Shown in pieces: positions 14,200 through 26,525 of a stretch of DNA of 64,000 nt (positions are counted from its first letter, which is position 1; each line of letters begins with the position of its first letter). The stretch comes from Octopus bimaculoides (taxonomy: Eukaryota). Made by a program: the position numbers and the translations under genes. The notes below the pieces were generated by a model, which did not search any database, was not told where the DNA came from, and worked only from the letters and a program-made list of their open reading frames with translations. The stretch spans positions 6,309,308 through 6,373,307 of the forward strand of contig NC_068992.1 of NCBI RefSeq assembly GCF_001194135.2, given 5' to 3'.

Positions 14200-14899
14200 G
14201 GATGGATGGATGGATGGATGGATGGATGGATGGATTGAGGGCTTTATAAACGCATGTTTATTGATATATTTGTAGCAAATGTTATGTAAGGTATTTTGTG
14301 TGTAAGCATATCAGCATATTTTAGTTTGTAATGCAAAGGCATACCTAAAGTTAAATTTTTACTCGTCTCTATAATTTGGGAATTAAATAGAACTATTTCT
14401 AACAGAACTGTACATTATTCAGTGACAGCTCAGTGGTGATAACATTTCATATTCTGCGGTTTACTGCTCCGTTGAAAATATGTCGGCTTGGCAGAACACA
14501 TTAGCAGAGAACATAGAGGTGACCATGTGTGAATCATGGTTCTGTCAATTGGTCTCCAGAAATGTCACTGACACATGTTGATGGTCACAGAAATAGCGAG
14601 CGACATAGGAAACTAAAGGAGGTTATGACGAAATAGTATTTCCGATAAAATAAAGAAAATGTGTGGGGTGAAAATATCTCCTTAGGCACAAATAGCCATT
14701 ATGGCAGTTTCGATCATATGGTGCATAATGAATGCTTCAATTTCTATCTTCAGATTCTGAAAGAGACATTATAAAACCGAAGGGAATTGTAAAAGTTCGT
14801 GGGATAGTTGAGAGTATTATTAATGTCTATTAATGTGTGAGCTGATTTGAGTCATCTGGATATGGCTGGTGCTTGTTGAAAGCTATCCTGCATTGCATC

Positions 14900-16070
14900 A
14901 TGCTATAATTACACTTTCTGAAATATACTCCGTAATTCTGTGTGTGCCTACCATAGGTTTTCATCAGAATATTTTAAGATGTGTTCATGATTTACTTGCA
15001 TCTTTGGGAATACTTATATTAGACACAGTGTAAAATAAAAGATGAGAAATGCTCCTATTTCAGGTAAAAACTTTGAAAATTGACCTGGAGATATAATCAG
15101 TAACTCTTATGTTCTTAGAGGAATGTAAATTTCCCTTCAGTTTTCAAGTATAGCTTCCTTCGAGTTAAGATCAAACTTAACTTATCATCAAATGCGCTCT
15201 TTAGAGTAACTGAGGTGGTTTATATGGAATCACTGGAAAACAGAATTGTAACTCTATCCAAGAGGTTTGTGTCACATCTACGATGGATTAATATGGGATC
15301 GAGAAACTTCATAGTAATTATTGGAGACATCGTTTTCCCATTTCATATTCGTCTGCCTGAGAATCTTTACTGATTTAGAGTATTGCCGACATTGCTTACA
15401 GAACTGTTATTGCGTGCAAAGCTGGGTGACAGCTTAAAAGAAGAATAAAGAACCCAACCACATGTAGGCAACATTACTATGTGGACATTACTACGTCTGA
15501 CCTGTGTTAGAGCCTAAGTGCTTGTTATAAAGAATAAAATATTACTGCAATCCCCCATGGCCATTGCAATAGAAACTTGCTTCAGTAAACGCAAATTTGA
15601 CCAAAATTTTATTGGCCAAATAAGTAGAACCCAACTATTAGTTCTCATTCAAATGTCAAACATTGTTCGACTTTTGATTATCCATTTTTTTTATCTGAAA
15701 CGTAAATTCCTTAAATTTGGTAGCCATAGTAGCATTGTTCAAGAATACGATTGTTCGTTGCACTGAGAGTTGCAGCTGCCGTTCATCCTGGAAATGACAA
15801 TACTTTGAAGATCTTTACGCATTAAACAATATTTCTAATGAGGCTCAGGATACAGTGCCCTGTTGTACATGACTGAGAACAACTTTAGGAGAATGGTAAC
15901 TATCTGATCATACCCGCTGGTGATAATGGCAATGTTGTTGAGGAGCGGGTAATTAGAAGATACAGATGATATTAACAAAAAGATCTTCTCATCTTTCATA
16001 GAGTATAACTCTGTACTCACTCCTAAGTTAATTTTCTCCCCTGTAACATCTTCCCAGGAACTCTTCACTC
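14900..16070 (-). mobile_element. Very degenerate CR1/L2-like LINE reverse-transcriptase remnant (tentative)
   Basis: Minus-strand fragments in motif order: TSGYDQI..LLKL (SPGxDGI-like), LKSAFDD..RRKL (KAFD motif), LKYSDENLW (YADD-like). There are many stops and the spacing is irregular. Confidence 0.3.
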
Positions 16071-16644
16071 TATGTTACGCATAGTTTTCAGGAGACTCTA
16101 TTGAGTTACAAAAATGATGTAGGATCATAATTATCGTGCGAGAGGTTTTGATGTTTAAATCTTTTAATGAAATTACTCATTTACAGTTTTACTTTCATGG
16201 ATTCACATTTAAATTTGTATTCGAGTATGTTGATATTACTACTCGCATCTATAACAATCGTGGCAAAGAATTTTATATAAAACATAGTTTGTATATGCTG
16301 CTGTCATTAATTTTTAACATTAAAAAGAAATATCACGACCTCAAGAAATTAATCTGAGGTTTCAAGTTCCATAGAATACTGAAAATACTTTAATCTTTCT
16401 TTCTTCCACACTTGACATTGTTTGCACATGTAAAATATGCAGGCATTATGTGCTATGAATTCTTATTAAATTCGAAATATATTCAAAACATTAGAAAGAT
16501 TAACAGTCCAAATTATGGAGCCTGTATGCAAAATATTTTGGAAATGCAAATGAATTTATATGTAACATTCTAGGAATAAATTATTGTCTCTCTTCTATTG
16601 TATCTCAGGCCGTGTACTGACATTTACGAATATGCGCATAAATA

Positions 16645-17402
16645 TCAGATATATAAATATGAGAATGTGTGTCTGTGTGAATCTATAAAACTCGAGAACT
16701 ACACAACCAATTTCATTCCAAATTAACACATGCCTTACTTAGGGTCCATGTAGTGTCTTAGACCAAAACAATTTTTAACTTCTTGCATAGTTCGAGCCCA
16801 CAGCAATATCATATCTCCTCCACTATTTCAGTATTACGTGTCAAAAGTGAAACAATAACATTACTCTACTGTAATGTCAGATACTTTCACTTTAACACTG
16901 AAACTATTGCACTATTTCAGTATTATATGTCAAAAGTGAAACAACATGTCGCTACGGTAATTTCAAATACTTTCACTTTAATACTTTCAATTTCATACTA
17001 AAACTATTAAAGTGAAACTATACTCTCACATATATTCAGGTATACTATAAGACCGATGCTAAAAACATTCCCAACAATTCAACTTCTCTGGTTGACATTA
17101 ACACCCCCACACCCTATAGGGGCCTTCATTCATTTTAGAGCTCCATGAGCTCCATTTTTCAGGAGCAAAATCCTTTTTACAGGTTCCAGAAGACTGAAAT
17201 TTTGGAATATGCGCATAAAGATCAATAGTATGGGATACATGTCTCATGATTAAATTTTTTTAGGGTGTGTAAAGAGGGAAAGAACCTTCATGTGCAATTT
17301 TGATGAAATTCGAATCATATGTATTCCAGTTTCTTACAAAAAATACAAGAGTTTCATCCTTCAATTGCATGTAACACGGGCAACGCCGGGTATCTCTGGT
17401 AG
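16645..17402 (+). mobile_element. Non-autonomous Helitron-like element
   Basis: Starts A|TC followed by AGATATATAAATATGAGAATGTGTGTCTGTGTG. Ends with a GC hairpin CGGGCAACGCCG (17377-17388) followed by CTCTGGTAG|T (degenerate CTAG). An A|T insertion site with a 3' hairpin is the established Helitron signature. Confidence 0.7.
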
Positions 17403-20400
17403 TATTTTGTAATGTTTCTTTTTGTTTTGACTCCCCTCCATCTCTCTTTCATTCTCTCTCTCGCTCTCTTTCTCTCTCTCTCTCTTTCTCCCCCCTCTCT
17501 CTCTATATATATATATCAATCTATATATATATATATCTTTGTTACTGCATGTTTGTCAGTCTGTCTGTCAGTTTCTTTTGGGATGACTGTGTTTTGCTCC
17601 GAAAAGAACACAGTATGGATAACTAGTCACACTATATTTTCTCTAGGTGGACCACTTCTACTATGTCTAACCCGGCGAGAATGTCACAGGCAAGTATGTG
17701 GCAGATGATGATGATGATGATGATTACTATGATTATGTTGATGACGGGGAAAACTTGTCTTGAAGAACTTCATGTTTTTTTAACAGACCCTCAGCCCTTT
17801 CACTAGTCTTAATTAAAGGACCAATATCCGAACATATTGGAATTTTTTTTAAACTATTAAATATATTATAGATATTTTGATATTAGAAAATGAATTTTCA
17901 AACTAAAACTGGATAAATAGTTTATCTACCATAGTTAACAAGGATTACTTTGCTTAAATTTTATTCTGTTGCTATCGATAAGAAATCAATACACAAGTAA
18001 TGCTCCTTTTTCATCTATCTTGAATTTCAGGTAATGTTTCGATTTTGAAGTAAAAACATATTTAAATGGTAAGTTTAATGCAATGAATTCCAATATCTTT
18101 AATGATTTAATATTTTTTTATACACGTCAAATGCAATTCATCCCATATCCTTTTAATTATAGGATTTGTTGGGCATTTTTCAATCATTACGTCTTACAAA
18201 TAAAATATAAGTCCAATGGATGACACTCATAACCAGTATAGTGTGGCGGTCTTGTTGCACAAATAGCACCAAGAAGCTTCATTCGGGATCCAGGATTGTC
18301 TGAAGTATTTTCTTTTAAGTCGAATATAAACCGTTTTACTGGTAATTGATCTTATTAATCGAATAAGAATTAAAAGGGAATGATCAGTAGAATGTGAACT
18401 CGGAATATAAACAACCGTAAGACAATATTGCCCAAGCTATGGCGTACGAAGCGGAAATGATTGTGCGAATACACTGCTCGGTTGAAAAATTTCTTTGATT
18501 TTGTTTTTATGGAAACAAGATCAACAAAGATTTTCCGGGCGAAGCATGCTCAGCAATGTATTTCCTTTATAAACTATGTTTCTATCCTCAAAACGTGTGA
18601 TTCTTCTAAATATCTTATAAGAGGAAACTAAGTTAACATAACGCACATAATGGCTATCTTTGTCGTTAAGTAGAGACTTTGTAGGTTCCTTGCATGTGCA
18701 GCTTCATAATATATGACTCTAATTATATTCATCTTTGTTCAGCGTTGCTAGAAAAAAATATCTTGACATTCAAATGAGATGATATGAAACGAGGTTTCTT
18801 TCTCCCAAAACTTGGAAAACAATAATCCCTGGAGAATTACAGGATATATTAGGTATCGGATTTATGGTGAATTTGACTCTTGAACTTCGAGGTTTTGATC
18901 CTCAAATTGACAACAGTTTAAGAGCAATATTGGATGTTTATATATACAGAGTTATTTTAATATCACAGTCTTTCTCTTTTTCTTTTTCGTTCTCCATCTT
19001 TCTCAGAATATTAATATCAGTGATTATGAGGAATATTTGGACTATTCTAACTACTCGTTATGTATGTTTGTTGTACTATTTTCTAATACTCTATCATTAA
19101 AACCACTTCCTACACTCTGATGTCGAGCAGAATAGATAAATTATTTATTCACGCATATTGTCGACTTCATATTTTGGTGATGGCTACCACATTTCCATGT
19201 CTTTCACTACTTCTTTTGTGTTTCGTATTTCAATTTTGTTCTGTTTCTTTCATCTTCCTTTGCTGCCACTTGCTTATGTCATGTTGTTTTATCATTCGTT
19301 CGATTACCATCACCAACCCTTTCACCAGCATCACCAATAGTTTCGCAAACATCAGTATCACTGTCAGAATCATCACCAAAATGTCTGACAATAACCGCTG
19401 TCCCCATCACCCATCACCACCGTCAATAACTCATGCGTTTCGTTCTTCAGCGACTTTTTTTTTCTTTATGTCCATATTTATTACTGTTTCCTTTCTGACG
19501 GTTTTACCATTTTTGTTTTACATTTTCATTTCTATTGCAGAATGATGGCTGGATGTTAAACAACAATTACGTAGTTTCATTTTCTGCTTTCCAATCACTT
19601 TTCTCAACCGAAATCTCTCGATGTCTCCCCCACCATCCCAACTCATAGTTCCCTATATTACTATTTCGCTCTTTCATCTTGTTTCTTTCAACTCCATATT
19701 TATGGCTGCTTTATTCTTTTTCCTTCCTTTTTTACCCTGTTTTATTTCTCTTTTATAATTGCCGTCAGTTGGCAGATGTGTTGATTATCAAACTGTTCTT
19801 TCAATGCGTTTACAAAGCTTTCTTGTAGAAGACGTGCTTGCTTTATCTCTTTTATTATATCCTCCCCTAAAAGTTTACTTAAAATATTATTTGCCTCGCA
19901 CAATTCCAAATCTTCATCTGCTATTTTTTATTGTCTATTTTTCTCTTTTTAAAGCTCTATTTCCGTCTGAAAGTCATTAATCTTGATCAGTTCTAACCAT
20001 TCGATTTTACAACGCGCATTTTGACGAAGACAACTGAGTTCTGCTTATAGGTACGAGATATTGCCAACAAATTCAACAAGTCATCGCGTGATGCTTCGTT
20101 TTTCTTCTCCATTTTCATAAACCCTAGTTTATGGGAAGAAAAAATAGAAAATGTATACATGGATGTATAATTTGCTTTTGATAATGCGGAACACGTTATA
20201 TATCTAACAGGAATTCACGTACATACGCAACGACTTAAATGCATTCATATATGTTTCATATATGTATACATATTCACACACACACATGCAGGCAGACATA
20301 CACACACACATATGTTGGCGCAATGTGAGTATGTGTACACGAGTGTGTAAGTTTGAATACCTGTATGAAATAAAAATGGTAAATTTGATTCGTATACTGC

Positions 20401-20478
20401 ATGGTGTTGCATCTAAAATCAAACAGCAATTTGCACACAGGAAATCTTCTTATGTGTAGTGGAGGAAATAGTAACACA

Positions 20479-20503
20479 AATAATAATAATGATAATAATA
20501 ATG

Positions 20504-20555
<52 letters not shown>

Positions 20556-20575
20556 TGATAATAATGATAATGAAG

Positions 20576-20656
<81 letters not shown>
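20479..20656. repeat. (AAT)n microsatellite with GAT variants
   Basis: Long trinucleotide array; the source of the poly-N, poly-I and poly-L ORFs. Confidence 0.95.
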
Positions 20657-20659
<3 letters not shown>

Positions 20660-20694
20660 GCAACTTCAACAACAAAAACAACGATAACAACAGC

Positions 20695-21013
20695 AAGTGC
20701 GAGGAGGAGGGGAGGAGAAGAAGAAAAAGAGGAGGAGGAGGTGAAGGAGGCGGATGTGAAGCGGGGGAGAGGAAGAGGGGAAAAAGCCGAGGGGGGTGAG
20801 GAGGATGGGATGAGGAGGAGGGTAGCAGGAGGAGCATGGGAAAAGGAGAGGAGGAGGTGGTGGAATGTGGTGCTGGTAGTGTTGATGATCATGATGATAA
20901 AAAGAAGCAGAAGGTGGAGGGGAGGGGAAAGAGGAGAAAAAGAAGGAGAAAGAAGAAGTAGAAGAAGAAGAAGAAGAAGAAGAAGAAGAAGAAGAAGAAG
21001 AAGAAGAAGAAGA
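20695..21013. repeat. Purine-rich low-complexity tract ending in (AGA)n
   Basis: GGA/GAG-rich tract followed by a perfect AGA array at about 20960-21013. Confidence 0.9.
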
Positions 21014-21292
21014 ATTCCATTATTTGCTACGGAATAGCTGAGGAACCAAAAACCAAAAACAGTATGTCAGCTATACAAAATTTTCACTGCAAAAGAAAAG
21101 AAATGCCGGTGAGCATCGAACCTGAACCGCATCAAACTTCATGGCAGAGCATTGCTTTCAACAGTTACTCTCTTCAATCACACAAGTTGGCTGCTCTCAG
21201 CAGGCGTTTCTCATACATTTACCGTCACTACGCTAGTATTGTTGGTACTGTTACTGCTTTAGCTGTTGTTTTTTGTTGTTGTTGTTTTTTTT

Positions 21293-21293
<1 letters not shown>

Positions 21294-21337
<44 letters not shown>

Positions 21338-21765
21338 GTGGTGGTGAGGAGNNNNNNNNNNNNNNNNNNNNNNNNNNNNNNNNNNNNNNNNNNNNNNNNN
21401 NNNNNNNNNNNNNNNNNNNNNNNNNNNNNNNNNNNNNNNNNNNNNNNNNNNNNNNNNNNNNNNNNNNNNNNNNNNNNNNNNNNNNNNNNNNNNNNNNNNN
21501 NNNNNNNNNNGACGACGACGACGACGACGACGATGAATGATGATGGTGGTGGTGATGATGATGATGAAGATGATGATGATCGTGGTGGTGGTGGTAGTGA
21601 TGAGGATGATGGTGGTGGTGATGATGATGTTGATGATGATGATGATGATGATGATGAAGATGATGATGATCGTGGTGGTGGTGGTAGTGATGAGGATGAT
21701 GGTGGTGGTGATGATGATGTTGATGACGATGATGATGATGACGATGATGATGATGGCGATGACGT
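21294..21765. repeat. Compound (GAT)/(GGT)/(GAC) microsatellite with internal ~90-bp duplication and a gap
   Basis: The block GAAGATGATGATGATCGTGGTGGTGGTGGTAGTGATGAGG occurs twice, about 90 bp apart. N-gap at 21352-21510. Confidence 0.9.
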
Positions 21766-21995
21766 TTATTTTTCTTCTTTAATGCCTGGTCAACTGTAGC
21801 AGAAAAGATGTACGAAACAATTGTACTCCAGCCATGATCAGTCCATCTTATTTTTAGAAACAGTATATTGTATACAAAGGCTTGATTGCACAGAATGATC
21901 TTTCTTTCTGTTAAAACAATGAATTGTTGTGAGGTCTGTTGTAGACTTAGTTAATATTTCTAGTGGACCTAAGCTTCGCGTAGAAGGGCCATCGT

Positions 21996-22382
21996 TTTTG
22001 TTGTTGGCACTCCGTCGCTTACGACGTCGAGGGTTCCAGTTGATCCGATCAACGGAACAGCTTGCTTGTGAAATTAACGTGCAAGTGGCTGAGCACTCCA
22101 CAGACACGTGTACCCTTAACGTAGTTCTCGGGGATATTCAGCGTGACACAGTGTGACAAGGCTGACCCTTTAAATTACAGGCACAACAGAAACAGGAAGT
22201 AAGAGTGAGAGAAAGTTGTGGTGGAAGAGTACAGCAGGGTTCGCCACCACCCCCTGCCGGAGCCTCGTGGAGCTTTAGGTGTTTTTTGCTCAATAAACAC
22301 TCACAACGCCCGGTCTGGGAATCGAGACCGCGATCCTATGACCGCGAGTTCGCTGCCCTAACCACTGGGCCGTTGCGCCTCC
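21996..22382 (-). mobile_element. tRNA-derived SINE, family C, full-length
   Basis: Minus-strand head GGAGGCGCAACGGCCCAGTGGTTAGGGCAGCG (A-box) and GGTCTCGATTCCC (B-box). GC-rich body, 3' stem-loops (GTTGATC-G-GATCAAC; CGTCG-TAAG-CGACG) and a CAACAACAAAAA tail. Confidence 0.85.
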
Positions 22383-23577
22383 CGAAGAGACGAATAAATA
22401 GGAACAAATAGTTTTGAAATGTAATACTGTCAATCACTTCTGCGTCATGGATGCATCCAGTATTTCTATTAGAAACTATGGTCGAAGGAGGTGTATGCAA
22501 TGAGTTTCATCAGCAGCAACCGAATCGTCCACACTGTATTAGGTTTGGGAGGGTATTATGGATAGACCTAGAGATGCTACTTTTGAAATGGAGACAGGTC
22601 TGTGAAGGCTGTAAAATTTTTGTTTGTTGTGTTCTTAAGCTCAAACAATAGAAACGAGGATCTGAAGCGCAGCAACACACAGACAGCTTTTAAACCTCCC
22701 TGAATGATTCATTTACATTGTGAGCTGGCTGTGATAGTAACATAATAAATATACCAACATTAAGCAGGGAAATTAATTGCGTTTACTACAACAATAAAAA
22801 AAAAATATATGCACATTAGTCAGCGTTAAATAAGTTACATTTACCTTGGAGCACGCGGCTATTACAATCTACGTGTTAAAGTGACACTCGCTCTGTTAAT
22901 TTCTTGGTAGGATTGGGCATAACAATGTGATTTCTTTTATAACGATGGCGGTCAAATCTTCATCAGATGCTAGCTTCTAATTAATCAATTAAACAATATT
23001 GGATTGGCAGAGGCATCTGGCATTTCCAAACAAAATTTCGAAAATCCCTTACGGGTTAGACCATTGGGCCACGATGATGGTGGAGAGATTTCAGACATTT
23101 TGAAAATTTGACAATCTAATTTGCATCATGCAACGCTGAAAGACGAGAAACGGTTTACCAAGAAGCAATAACTTAACATTCTCTAACTGGATAACTATTT
23201 TCTATAATCAACGCAAGGCAAATGCCTCAAGGCAATTTCTTGACATGCAAGAAATAACAGCCAGATTTTCTTCAAACCCTTCCTTCTACACACTACCGTC
23301 TTTAAAACGGATTGGTCGCATTTAATCCTAGATATCACTTAATACTAATACGTCAAGATGATTATGGCTGGAATGCTATTAATAAATTTGCTCCGTAGTG
23401 ACGACCCGTAGCTAAACAAAAACTAAATTATAATAACAATTGTCATAATTCTCAACGGATTTCATGTGTGACGAGAATTATCAAGAATGTATGATAACGT
23501 TATTATCTTTCTCACTTTTTCTAATTCGAAAATCAATATGGCAACTTAATATTTAGTTACGTTATACCCACTCTCTG

Positions 23578-23797
23578 TCGATACCAAATTTTCTCAAATG
23601 GTGCTTCGGTACCAAATTTTCTCAAATGGTGCCTCGATACCAAATTTTCTCAAATGGTGCCTCGATACCAAATTTTCTCAAATGGTGCCTCGATACCAAA
23701 TTTTCTCAAATGGTGCTTCGGTACCAAATTTTCTCAAATGGTGCCTCGGTACCAAATTTTCACAAATGGTGCCTCGGTACTAAATTTTCTCAAATAT
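23578..23797. repeat. 28-bp minisatellite, ~8 copies (TCGRTACCAAATTTTCTCAAATGGTGCY)
   Basis: Units start at 23578, 23606, 23634, 23662, 23690, 23718, 23746 and 23774, head-to-tail with no spacers. Confidence 0.95.
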
Positions 23798-24899
23798 GCT
23801 GCTTAAAGAAACGGAATGAGACTAGACACAGTCTTACAAATACTTGGTAATCAATGAATTACATAGAGTTCAACACACACATAATGAAACTTTATGATGG
23901 AATATTATTATTGCCATATTACATTAATACTTAAATCAGAGCTAAATGGGTAAAAAGTAATAAGCATAATTTCACTAGCGTCCTGGTAATAAGTGTTGGT
24001 GAGTTTTTTAACTGGTCGCTAAATGAATTAACAAGTCTAGACAAGGAAAATGACGACATGACTGAGACAACATAAAATCTGACTTTGAAAGATATATTTA
24101 ACAAGAATACTAGTAAAGAAGATTTCTGCAACCGAAAAAAAATATATCGTTAAATATACACAAAAAGGCCTCACAATAGTCTGGTATGGAGAAAGGGAGA
24201 ACTAAAACAAGACCTATTGGTCCCTCTCTTGCAGGTTTATAGTCGGTCCTGGTTTTTTTTCTCGGCTCCAGATCCATATCTGCGTTCACCGCGATCGAGG
24301 CGGAAATTACTATCCAAAAGTGCGAGACCAGTGAGTCAGAGCGGCTGTTCCAGCGCATCTCACCCCCACACTCCGAGCCAAGCCTTTTTTGTTGAGACCA
24401 TGAGGCGGTCTGAATTACAGAAAATCGAGAGAATGTAAGAATTTGGTAGCCTGTCAACCCGTAGTTGTTCAGTATATCATCCCATTTCCTTTCGACCTAC
24501 TTATCACTTTATTTTCTCTAAACATTTTATTCTTTCCTTTACTAGAGTACAATTTTCAATATATTTGCAAACGAATCTTCAGAACACTTCAAAATACGTT
24601 TTATTTTGTCGAGGACATTAACAAATACAAGACAATTGCTGAGGTGACAACTATTTAGTGGGAGAGGGACGCAAAGTAACAACACGAACTGAATAAAGGC
24701 CAAACGGGAAGCTAAAACTGGACAGTTATCTGCCATTACTAAAATGTAAGTAAACACACACTGACATCGTATCTGCAAATAAACAGAAAAATTGCTGCGA
24801 CATCTGAGAAACGCACATCTGAAAACAGAGAAACAACGAAACACTTGTAATAAGGCATAATACATCAAATAGTCACATGATACCTGGAGTTAGGGAGAA

Positions 24900-25450
24900 A
24901 TGATTAACCATAAGCAAGACAGATGGGGAATTTCATATACTTGCGTTAGTGACCGCATTACGAAAAGCCAACAGAAAAGAGGTATCACAAACAAACACTA
25001 GAAGTATACTCAGAGTATAACACAGTGTCCATACACTAGCATATGACAGACCACATAGAGAAAAGCGCTAAGTGAAATGGAAGAGTTATTGCTTTCGGTT
25101 AGCGTCAAGAAATAATGTACGTGGTAACCGAATTATGAATTGCAACATGCAACGATAAGTTTTTAAAAGAAATGTAGAAATAAAGATAACCAGAATGTTT
25201 AGACTGAAAGACAGAAATAAACTCTGTAATTGTAGGTGCCTTGGTTATTATTGAAAACATGCTGTGAAACACGCAATTAAAAAATTCAAGGTTTACATAT
25301 TATGTATCTCACAGAGAAAAGATATCGCGTGCGTATTAAGTATTTTCAATAATATTTTCAGAGCAAAAGGTAATACTTTAACGAAACAATATAATTCTCG
25401 CCTAGAACTTAGACAGAGCAGCGCGTGGTAGTTCTTATTACTGAAAGTAG
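24900..25450 (+). mobile_element. Decayed 3' end of R4/Dong-type non-LTR retrotransposon (RLE endonuclease region)
   Basis: One plus frame gives KRYHKQTLEV...DKFLKEM*K...KTEINSVIVGALVII with many stops. This matches the C-terminal KExEK...KTxxxPVIVGALG layout of R4/Dong RLE domains. It is followed directly by (AAT)n at 25451-25520. Confidence 0.7.
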
Positions 25451-25521
<71 letters not shown>

Positions 25522-26224
25522 GGTCTCGAATTCTTCGTGAAGTCAACTGATAAATGATTTCGATTCATAGAATCTTGCTTGAATTAAGAACTTCATATAA
25601 TTTTATAGATCTCAGCTCGTATCAAGAAATTAAGTTAATATTTGTATATAACCACTCGAATGTTGGCTTCAGAGTTCATCTATAACGCACTTGTTGGAAT
25701 TTTCGTGACTTAGCTTATTGTATGTGAATGAAAAATCCACACACACACCTACACACACTTACCACACCTGCTCACAATAACAATAGCGACGTCTTATTAT
25801 TCAAATAAGTAGAGTAATGCATGAACTCATTTGAGCATGAAGAGAATACTGGAAAGATTAAATAGTCACCCTGGTTGTCTGCCAATCTACTTACGCCATT
25901 TTTCCAGATAAGAAAAGAAGTAAATGAACTATTTAACGATATAGCAAACTCTTAGAAGACCAACTGATTTTCATGTTAAAACTATTAGTCGCATCTTCAG
26001 ATTGCTACAGTGTAGCTGATAATTGTCAGTTGAAACTCTGAAGATGTAACACCTTTCTGCTTCCATCAGTATGTGTCTCTGATGCGTGTGTACGTGAATC
26101 TGTAAGTGTATAGGCTTGTGTCTAGGTATTTGTGTGTGTATGAGTTAAATGTGTTTGTGTGTCTAACTAAATGTCGTCAAGGTAATAATCTAGTCATTCA
26201 GAAACCAATTTCTCGACACACGCA

Positions 26225-26277
<53 letters not shown>

Positions 26278-26424
26278 NNNNNNNNNNNNNNNNNNNNNNN
26301 NNNNNNNNNNNNNNNNNNNNNNNNNNNNNNNNNNNNNNNNNNNNNNNNNNNNNNNNNNNNNNNNNNNNNNNNNNNNNNNNNNNNNNNNNNNNNNNNNNNN
26401 NNNNNNNNNNNNNNNNNNNNNNNN

Positions 26425-26456
<32 letters not shown>

Positions 26457-26459
26457 TAA

Positions 26460-26525
<66 letters not shown>

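Noticed and set aside
23578-23797. 28-bp repeats as a CRISPR array
   Set aside because: The units are head-to-tail with no unique spacers, there are no cas genes, and the context is eukaryotic.
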